Origin: Eledone cirrhosa
Lineage: Eukaryota
Assembly (NCBI GenBank): GCA_964016885.1
Contig: OZ024742.1
Span: 14,074,001-14,138,000, forward strand
DNA length: 64,000 nt
Direction: 5' to 3'
Notes under the pieces: generated by a model
What the model was told of the DNA's origin: nothing
The model's input: only the letters and a program-made list of their open reading frames with translations
Databases searched by the model: none
Position numbers and translations under genes: made by a program
Shown: in pieces, positions 54,601 to 64,000 of the stretch
Layout: each line of letters begins with the position of its first letter
How positions within the stretch are numbered: position 1 is the first letter of the stretch

Positions 54601-57600
54601 CCTAGTCTAGCCTCAATGTGAGACCATCTAACCCTAGAAGTGACCACCTTACCTAGTCTAGCCTCAATATGAGACCATCTAACGCAAGAAGTGACCACCT
54701 GACCTAGTGTAACCTCAATGTGAGACCTAACTCTATAAGTGACCACCTGACCTAGTCTAGCCTCAATGTGAGACCTAACCCTAGAAGTGAACACCTGGCC
54801 TAGTCTAGCCTTAATATGAGACCATCTAACCCTAGAAATGACCACCTTACCTAGTCTAGTCTCAATGTGAGACCTAGCCCTAGAAGTGACCACCTGACTT
54901 AGTCTAGCCTGAATGTGAGACCTTCTAACCCAAGAAGTGACCAGCTGACCTAGTCTAGCCTCAATGTGAGACTTCTAACCCTAGAAGTGACAACCTGACC
55001 TAGTGTAAACTGAATGTGAGAACTAACCCAAGAAGTGACCACCTGACCTAGTCTAGCCTCAATGTGAGACGATCTAACCCAAGAAGTGACCACCTGAACT
55101 AGTGTAACCTCAATGAGACCTAACCCTAGAAGTGACAACCTGACCTAGTCTAGCCTCAATGTGAGACCTAACCCTAGCAGTGACCACCTGACCTAGTCTA
55201 GCCTCAACGTGAGACCTAACCCTAGAAGTGACCACCTGACCTTATCTAGCCTCAATGTGAGACTATCTAACCCAAGAAGTGACCACCTGACCTAGTCTAG
55301 CCTCAATGTGAGACCATCTAACCCTAGAAGTGACCACCTGACCTAGTCTAACCTCAATGTGAGACCTCTAACCCTAGAAGTGACCAGCTGACCTTGTCTA
55401 GCCTCAATGTTTGACCTTCTATCCCTAGAAGTGACCACCTGACCTAGTCGAGCCTCAATGTGAGATAATCTAACGCAAGAAGTGACCACCTGACCTAGTG
55501 TAACCTCAATGTGAGACCTAACCCTAGAAGTGACCAGCTGACCTAGTCTAGCCTCAATGTGAGACTTCTAACCCTAGAAGTGACAACCTGACCGAGTGTA
55601 AACTGAATGTGAGACCTAACCCAAGAAGTAACCACCTGACCTAGTCTAGCCTCCAATGTGAGACCTAATCCTAGAAGTGACCACCTGACCTAGTCTAGCC
55701 TCAATGTGAGACCTAACCCTAGAAGTGATCAGCTGACCTAGTCTAGCCTCAATGTGTGACCTATCCCTAGAAGTGACCACCTGACCTAGTGTAACCTAAC
55801 CCTAGAAGTGACCAACTGACCTAGTCTAGCCTAAATGTGAGACCTAACCCTAGAAGTGACCAACTGACCTAGTCTAGCCTCAATGTGAGACCATCTAATG
55901 CAAGAAGTGACCACCTGACCTAGTGTAACCTCATTGTGAGACATAACCCTAGAAGTGACCACCTGACCTAGTCTAACCTCAATGTGAGACCTTTAACCCT
56001 AGAAGTGACCACCTGACCTAGTCTAGCCTCAATGTGAGACCTAACCCTAGAAGTGACCACCTGACCTAGTCTAGCCTCAATGTGAGATTTCTAACCCTAG
56101 AAGTGACAACCTGACCAAGTGTAAACTGAATGTGAGACCTTCTAACCCAAGAAGTGACCACCTGACCTAGTCTAGCCTCAATGTGAGACCTTCTTACCCT
56201 AGAAGTGACCACCTGACCTAGTCTAGCCTCAATGTGAGACCTAACCCTAGAAGTGACCACCTCACCTAGTCTAACCTCAATGTGAGACCTCTAACCCTAA
56301 AAGTGACCAGCTGACCTTGTCTAGCCTCAATGTGTGACTTATCCCTAGAAGTGACCACCTGACCTAGTGTAACCTAAACCTAGAAGTGACCACCTGACCT
56401 TGTCTAGCCTCACTGTGAGAGCATCTAATGCAAGGAGTGACCACCTGTGAGAACTGACCACCTGACCTAATCTAGTCTCTATGTGAGACTATCTAACCCA
56501 AGAAGTGACCAGCTGACCTAGTCTAGCCTCAATGTGAGACTTCTAACCCTATAAGTGACACCCTGACCGAGTGTATACTGAATGTGAGACCTAACCCAAG
56601 AAGTAACCACCTGACCTAGTCTAGCCTCCAATGTGAGACCTAATCCTAGAAGTGACCACCTGACCTAGTCTAGCCTCAATGTGAGACCTAACCCTAGAAG
56701 TGACCACCTGACCTAGTCTAGCCTCAATGTGAGATCTTACTCTAGAAGTGACCACCTGACCTAGTCTAGCCTCAATGTGAAACCTAACCCTAGAAGTGAC
56801 CACCTGACCTAGTCTAGCCTCAATGTGAGACCTAACCTTAGAAGTGACCACCTGACCTAATCTAGTCTCAATGTGAGACTATCTAACCCAAGAAGTGACC
56901 AGCTGACCTAGTCTAGCCTCAATGTGAGACCTTGTAACCCTAGAAGTGACCACCTGACCTAGTCTAGCCTCAATGTGAGACCTAACTCTCGAAGTGAACA
57001 CCTGACCTAGTCTAGCCTCAATGTGAGACCATCTAACCCTAGAAGTGACCACCTTACCTAGTCTAGTCTCATTGTGAGACCTAACCCTAGAAGTGACAAC
57101 CTGACCTAGTGTAAACTGAATGTGAGACCTAACCCAAGAAGTGACCACCTGACCTAGTCTAGCCTCAATGTGAGACGATCTAACCCAAGAAGTGACCACC
57201 TGAACTAGTGTAACCTCAATGAGACCTAACCCAAGAAGTGACCACCTGACCTAGTCTAGCCTCAATGTGAGACGATCTAACCCAAAAAGTGACCACCTGA
57301 ACTAGTGTAACCTCAATGAGACCTAACCCTAGAAGTGACCACCTGACCTTGTCTAGCCTCACTGTGAGACCATCTAACGCAAGGAGTGACCACCTGACCT
57401 AGTGTAACCTCAATGTGAGAACTTCTAACCCTAGAAGTGACCACTTACCTAGTCTAACCTCAATGTGAGACCTAACCCTAGAAGTGACCACCAGACCTAG
57501 TCTAGCCTCAATGTGAGACCTTCTAACCCTAGAAGTGACCACCTTACCTAGTCTAGTCTCAATGTGAGACCTAACCCTAGAAGTGACCACCTGACCTAGT

Positions 57601-59112
57601 CTAGCCTCAATGTGAGATCTTACTCTAGAAGTGACCACCTGACCTAGTCTAGCCTCAATGTGAGACCTAACCCTAGAAGTGACCACCTGACCTAGTCTAG
57701 CCTCAATGTGAGACCTAACCTTAGAAGTGACCACCTGACCTAATCTAGTCTCAATGTGAGACTATCTAACCCAAGAAGTGACCAGCTGACCTAGTCTAGC
57801 CTCAATGTGAGACCTTGTAACCCTAGAAGTGACCACCTGACCTAGTCTAGCCTCAATGTGAGACCTAACTCTCGAAGTGAACACCTGACCTAGTCTAGCC
57901 TCAATGTGAGACCATCTAACCCTAGAAGTGACCACCTGACCTAGTCTAACCTCAATGTGAGACCTCTAACCCTAGAAGTGACCAGCTGACCTTGTCTAGC
58001 CTCAATGTTTGACCTTCTATCCCTAGAAGTGACCACCTGACCGAGTCTAGCCTCAATGTGAGATAATCTAATGCAAGACGTGACCACCTGACCTAGTGTA
58101 ACCTCAATGTGAGACCTAACCCTAGAAGTGACCAGCTGACCTAGTCTAGCCTCAATGTGAGACTTCTAACCCTAGAAGTGACAACCTGACCGAGTGTAAA
58201 CTGAATGTGAGACCTAACCCAAGAAGTAACCACCTGACCTAGTCTAGCCTCCAATGTGAGACCTAATCCTAGAAGTGACCACCTGACCTAGTCTAGCCTC
58301 AATGTGAGACCTGACCTAGTCTAGACTCAATGTGTGACCTATCCCTAGAAGTGACCACCTGACCTAGTGTAACCTAACCCTAGAAGTGACCAACTGACCT
58401 AGTCTAGCCTAAATGCGAGACCTAACCCTAGAAGTGACCACCTGACCTAGTCTAGCCTCAATGTGAGACCTAACCCTAGAAGTGACCACCTGACCTAGTC
58501 TAGCCTCAATGTGAGATTTCTAACCCTAGAAGTGACAACCTGACCAAGTGTAAACTGAATGTGAGATCTAACCCAAGAAGTGACCACCTGACCTAGTCTA
58601 GCCTCAATGTGAGACCTTCTAACCCTAGAAGTGACCACCTCACCTAGTCTAACCTCAATGTGAGACCTCTAACCCTAGAAGTGACCAGCTGACCGTGTCT
58701 AGCCTCAATGTGTGACTTATCCCTAGAAGTGACCACCAGACCTAGTGTAACCTAAACCTAGAAGTGACCACCTGACCTTGTCTAGCCTCACTGTGAGACC
58801 ATCTAACTCAAGGAGTGACCACCTGACCTAGTGTAACCTCAATGTGACAACTTCTAAACCTAGAAGTGACCACTTACCTAGTCTAACCTCAATGTGAGAC
58901 CTAACCCTAGAAATGACCACCAGACCTAGTCTAGCCTCAATGTGAGACCTAACACTAGAAGTGACCACCTGACCTAGTCTGACCTCTAACCCTGGAAGTG
59001 ACCAGCTGACCTTGTCTAGTCTCAAGGTTTGACCTATCCCTAGAAGTGACCACCTGACCTACTCTAGCCTCAATATGAGACCATCTAACGCAAGAAGTGA
59101 CCACCTGACCTA
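36607..59112. repeat. Higher-order repeat, period 4559 bp (about 5 copies, including one 2991-bp deletion derivative and one 4607-bp copy)
   Basis: Offsets are 4559 (37553/42112, 45103/49662/54221, 45832/50391/54950, 46948/51507/56066, 47503/52062/56621), 2991 (39953/42944, 40683/43674, 42112/45103) and 4607 (52272/56879, 52792/57399, 54221/58828). Confidence 0.93.
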
Positions 59113-62100
59113 ATCTAGCCTCAATGTGAGACTATCTAACCCAAGAAGTGACCACCTGACCTAGACTAGCCTCAATGTGAGACCATCTAACCCTAGAAGT
59201 GACCACCTTACCTAGTCTAACCTCAATGTGAGACCTCTAACCCTAGAAGTGACCAGCTGACCTTGTCTAGCCACGATCTTTGACCTTCTAACCCAAGAAG
59301 TGACCAGCTGACCTAGTCTAGCCTCAATGTGAGACTTCTAACCCTAGAAGTGACAACCTGACCTAGTGTAAACTGAATGTGAGACCTTCTAACCCAAGAA
59401 GTGACCATCTGACCTAGTCTAGCCTCAATGTGAGACGATCTAACCCAAGAAGTGACCTCCTGACCTAGTGTAACCTCAATGAGACCTAACACGAGAAGCG
59501 ACCATCTGACTTAGTCCAGCCTCAATGTGAGATCTTCTAACCCTTGAAGTGACCACCTGACCTAGTCTAGCCTCATTTGGAGACCTAACCCTAGAAGTGA
59601 CCACCTGACCTAGTCTAACCTCAATGTGAGACCTAACCCTAGAAGTGACCACCTGACCTACTGTAGCCTCAATGTGAGAGTATCTAACCCAAGAAGTGAC
59701 CACCTGACCTAGTCTAGCCTCAATGTGAGACCATCTAACCCTAGAATTGACCACGTGACCTAATCTAACCTCAATGTGAGACCTCTAACCCTAGAACTGA
59801 ACAGCTGACCTTGTCTAGCCTCAATGTATGACTTATCCCTAGAAGTGATCACCTGACCTAGTCTAGCCTCAATGTGAGACCATCTAACGCAAAAAGTGAC
59901 CACCTGACCTAGTGTAACCTCAATGTGAGATCTAACCCTAGAAGTGACCACCTCACTTAGTCTAGCCTGAATGTGAGACCTTCTAACCTTAGAAGTGACC
60001 ACCTGAGCTAATCTAGTCTCAATGTGAGACTATCTAACCCAAGAAGTGACCAGCTGACCTAGTCTAGCCTCAATGTGAGACGATCTAACCCAAGAAGTGA
60101 CCACCTGAACTAGTGTAACCTCAATGAGACCTAACCCTAGAAGTGACAACCTGACCTAGTCTAGCCTCAATGTGAGACCTAACCCTAGAAGTGACAACCT
60201 GACCTAGTGTAAACTGAATGTGAGACCTAACCCAAGAAGTGACCACCTGACCTAGTCTAGCCTCAATGTGAGACGATCTAACCCAAGAAGTGACCACCTG
60301 AACTAGTGTAACCTCAATGAGACCTAACCCTAGAAGTGACAACCTGACCTAGTCTAGCCTCAATGTGAGACCTAACCCTAGCAGTGACCACCTGACCTAG
60401 TCTAGCCTCAACGTGAGACCTAACCCTAGAAGTGATTACCTGACCTAATCTAGCCTCAATGTGAGACTATCTAACCCAAGAAGTGACCACCTGACCTAGT
60501 CTAGCCTCAATGTGAGACCATCTAACCCTAGAAGTGACCACCTGACCTAGTCTAACCTCAATGTGAGACCTCTAACCCTAGAAGTGACCAGCTGACCTTG
60601 TCTAGCCTCAATGTTTGACCTTCTATCCCTAGAAGTGACCACCTGACCTAGTCTAGCCTCAACGTGAGATAATCTAACGCAAGAAGTGACCACCTGACCT
60701 AGTGTAACCTCAATGTGAGACCTAACCCTAGAAGTGACCAGCTGACCTAGTCTAGCCTCAATGTGAGACTTCTAACCCTAGAAGTGACAACCTGACCGAG
60801 TGTAAACTGAATGTGAGACCTAACCCTAGAAGTGATCAGCTGACCTAGTCTAGCCTCAATGTGTGACCTATCCCTAGAAGTGACCACCTGACCTAGTGTA
60901 ACCTAACCCTAGAAGTGACCAACTGACCTAGTCTAGCCTAAATGTGAGACCTAACCCTAGAAGTGACCACCTGACCTAGTCTAGCCTCAATGTGAGACCA
61001 TCTAACGCAAGAAGTGACCACCTGACCTAGTGTAACCTCATTGTGAGACATAACCCTAGAAGTGACCACCTGACCTAGTCTAACCTCAATGTGAGACCTT
61101 TTAACCCTAGAAGTGACCACCTGACCTAGTCTAGCCTCAATGTGAGACCTAACCCTAGAAGTGACCACCTGACCTAGTCTAGCCTCAATGTGAGATTTCT
61201 AAACCTAGAAGTGACAACCTAACCAAGTGTAAACTGAATGTGAGACCTAACCCAAGAAGTGACCATCTGACATAGTCTAGCCTCAATGTGAGACCTTCTA
61301 ACCCTAGAAGTGACCACCTGACCTAGTCTAGCCTCAATGTGAGACCTAACCCTAGAAGTGACCACCTCACCTAGTCTAACCTCAATGTGAGACCTCTAAC
61401 CCTAGAAGTGACCAGCTGACCTTGTCTAGCCTCAATGTGTGACTTATCCCTAGAAGTGACCACCTGACCTAGTGTAACCTAAACCTAGAAGTGACCACCT
61501 GACCTTGTCTAGCCTCACTGTGAGACCATCTAACGCAAGGAGTGACCACCTGACCTAGTGTAACCTCAATGTGAGAACTTCTAACCCTAGAAGTGACCAC
61601 TTACCTAGTCTAACCTCAATGTGAGACCTAACCCTAGAAGTGACCACCTGACCTAGTCTAGCCTCAATGTGAGATCTTACTCTAGAAGTGACCACCTGAC
61701 CTAGTCTAGCCTCAATGTGAGACCTAACCCTAGAAGTGACCACCTGACCTAGTCTAGCCTCAATGTGAGACCTAACCTTAGAAGTGACCACCTGACCTAA
61801 TCTAGTCTCAATTTTAGACTATCTAACCCAAGAAGTGACCAGCTGACCTAGTCTAGCCTCAATGTGAGACCTATCTCTCGAAGTGAACACCTGACCTGGT
61901 CTAGCCTCAATGTGAGACCATCTAACCCTAGAAGTGACCACCTTACCTAGTCTAGTCTCATTGTGAGACCTAACCCTAGAAGTGAACACCTGACCTAGTC
62001 TAGTCTCAATGTGAGACCTAACCCTAGAAGTGACCACCTGACCTAATCTAGCCTCAATGTGAGACTATCTAACCCAAGAAGTGACCACCTGACCTAGTCT

Positions 62101-62280
62101 AGCCTCAATGTGAGACCATCTAACCCTAGAAGTGACCACCTTACCTAGTCTAACCTCAATGTGAGACCTCTAACCCTAGAAGTGACCAGCTGACCTTGTC
62201 TAGCCACAATCTTTGACTTTCTATCCCTAGAAGTGACCACCTGACCTAGTCTAGCCTCAATGTGAGATAATCTAACGCAA
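59113..62280. repeat. Non-amplified block of the same satellite; the first ~950 bp is clearly more diverged
   Basis: Many substitutions not noticed elsewhere (ACGAGAAGCG ~59491, AGTCCAGC ~59513, CCCTTGAAG ~59541, CATTTGG ~59574, GAATTGACCACGTG ~59744). No multi-kb twin is apparent in the window. Confidence 0.8.
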
Positions 62281-64000
62281 GAAGTGACCACCTGACCTAG
62301 TCTAGCCTCAATGTGAGACGATCTAACCCAAGAAGTGACCACCTGAACTAGTGTAATCTCAATGAGACCTAACCCAAGAAGTGACCACCTGACCTAGTCT
62401 AGCCTCAATGTGAGACGATCTAACCCAAAAAGTGACCACCTGAACTAGTGTAACCTCAATGAGACCTAACCCTAGAAGTGACCACCTGACCTTGTCTAGC
62501 CTCACTGTGAGACCATCTAACGCAAGGAGTGACCACCTGACCTAGTGTAACCTCAATGTGAGAACTTCTAACCCTAGAAGTGACCACTTACCTAGTCTAA
62601 CCTCAATGTGAGACCTAACCCTAGAAGTGACCACCAGACCTAGTCTAGCCTCAATGTGAGACCTTCTAACCCTAGAAGTGACCACCTTACCTAGTCTAGT
62701 CTCAATGTGAGACCTAACCCTAGAAGTGACCACCTGACCTAGTCTAGCCTCAATGTGAGATCTTACTCTAGAAGTGACCACCTGACCTAGTCTAGCCTCA
62801 ATGTGAGACCTAACCCTAGAAGTGACCACCTGACCTAGTCTAGCCTCAATGTGAGACCTAACCTTAGAAGTGACCACCTGACCTAATCTAGTCTCAATGT
62901 GAGACTATCTAACCCAAGAAGTGACCAGCTGACCTAGTCTAGCCTCAATGTGAGACCTTGTAACCCTAGAAGTGACCACCTGACCTAGTCTAGCCTCAAT
63001 GTGAGACCTAACTCTCGAAGTGAACACCTGACCTAGTCTAGCCTCAATGTGAGACCATCTAACCCTAGAAGTGACCACCTGACCTAGTCTAACCTCAATG
63101 TGAGACCTCTAACCCTAGAAGTGACCAGCTGACCTTGTCTAGCCTCAATGTTTGACCTTCTATCCCTAGAAGTGACCACCTGACCGAGTCTAGCCTCAAT
63201 GTGAGATAATCTAATGCAAGACGTGACCACCTGACCTAGTGTAACCTCAATGTGAGACCTAACCCTAGAAGTGACCAGCTGACCTAGTCTAGCCTCAATG
63301 TGAGACTTCTAACCCTAGAAGTGACAACCTGACCGAGTGTAAACTGAATGTGAGACCTAACCCAAGAAGTAACCACCTGACCTAGTCTAGCCTCCAATGT
63401 GAGACCTAATCCTAGAAGTGACCACCTGACCTAGTCTAGCCTCAATGTGAGACCTGACCTAGTCTAGACTCAATGTGTGACCTATCCCTAGAAGTGACCA
63501 CCTGACCTAGTGTAACCTAACCCTAGAAGTGACCAACTGACCTAGTCTAGCCTAAATGCGAGACCTAACCCTAGAAGTGACCACCTGACCTAGTCTAGCC
63601 TCAATGTGAGACCTAACCCTAGAAGTGACCACCTGACCTAGTCTAGCCTCAATGTGAGATTTCTAACCCTAGAAGTGACAACCTGACCAAGTGTAAACTG
63701 AATGTGAGATCTAACCCAAGAAGTGACCACCTGACCTAGTCTAGCCTCAATGTGAGACCTTCTAACCCTAGAAGTGACCACCTCACCTAGTCTAACCTCA
63801 ATGTGAGACCTCTAACCCTAGAAGTGACCAGCTGACCGTGTCTAGCCTCAATGTGTGACTTATCCCTAGAAGTGACCACCTGACCTAGTGTAACCTAAAC
63901 CTAGAAGTGACCACCTGACCTTGTCTAGCCTCACTGTGAGACCATCTAACTCAAGGAGTGACCACCTGACCTAGTGTAACCTCAATGTGACAACTTCTAA
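62281..64000. repeat. Resumption of the 4559-bp higher-order repeat type (partial copy, truncated by the window edge)
   Basis: ORF 62542 is identical to 40683/43674/48233/52792/57399. Downstream diagnostic variants (AATGCAAGACG, GAGACCTGACC, AAATGCGAG, ACTCAAGGAG) occur in the same order. Confidence 0.88.

Larger units (their letters stand above)
1..64000. repeat. Tandem satellite array, 48-bp basic monomer (common 51/50-bp insertion variants and 28-47-bp deletion variants), running off both window ends
   Basis: Monomer ACCTAGTCTAGCCTCAATGTGAGACCTAACCCTAGAAGTGACCACCTG read at 1-48. It is followed by 49-96 (48 bp), 97-146 (50 bp) and 147-197 (51 bp). The same motif continues in the same orientation to position 64000 with no unique interruption seen. 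Confidence 0.99.

Noticed and set aside
351-62877. The many minus-strand ORFs (60-211 aa) as protein-coding genes
   Set aside because: All are translations of the same 48-bp monomer. Starts are mostly GTG/TTG inside the repeat, and there is no unique domain. Frameshift and stop variants are common and amplified.
1-64000. CRISPR, TIGR-like or other guide/spacer array
   Set aside because: There are no unique spacers. Variation is limited to SNPs and small indels of one consensus that recur in duplicated blocks, and there is no associated gene or leader in the window.
1-64000. Canonical telomerase-synthesised telomere tract
   Set aside because: There is only one CCTAACCCTA per 48 bp and no pure (TTAGGG)n or (TTAGG)n run. 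Inherited SNPs in multi-kb duplicates indicate DNA-level copying rather than fresh templated synthesis.
1-64000. Transposon insertion, inversion, tRNA/rRNA or other unique sequence
   Set aside because: None seen on reading through. Even the anomalous 39780 junction and the 59-60 kb island resolve into monomer-derived sequence in the same orientation.
1-64000. Rolling-circle or sequencing concatemer artefact, or synthetic construct (BsaI sites)
   Set aside because: The hierarchical shared variants and several different periods are not expected from copying one template or from design. Exact copy numbers still need read validation.

Overview
The whole 64 kb window is one uninterrupted head-to-tail tandem repeat (satellite DNA). 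The basic monomer is 48 bp, ACCTAGTCTAGCCTCAATGTGAGACCTAACCCTAGAAGTGACCACCTG (first copy 1-48; 50% GC, no CpG, three CTAG, a telomere-like CCTAACCCTA core). There are roughly 1,300 copies (window length divided by about 49 bp), all in the same orientation. I see no unique sequence, credible gene, RNA gene, CRISPR array or transposon. Every ORF in the track is the same 16-aa translation of the monomer's minus strand, broken by frameshifting variants. The interest lies in the architecture. A limited alphabet of sequence and length variants (28, 35, 37, 46, 47, 48, 49, 50, 51 bp) is strung in fixed local orders. These strings are amplified into near-identical multi-kb higher-order repeats whose period changes along the array (4051, 3660/3661, 3681, 4559 bp, with 2991 and 4607 bp derivatives). 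I could reconstruct one out-of-register microhomology junction with clustered point mutations, and there is a diverged island near 59-60 kb. A eukaryotic centromeric, pericentromeric or (sub)telomeric origin is likely, but that is inference. The organism and function cannot be determined from this window.
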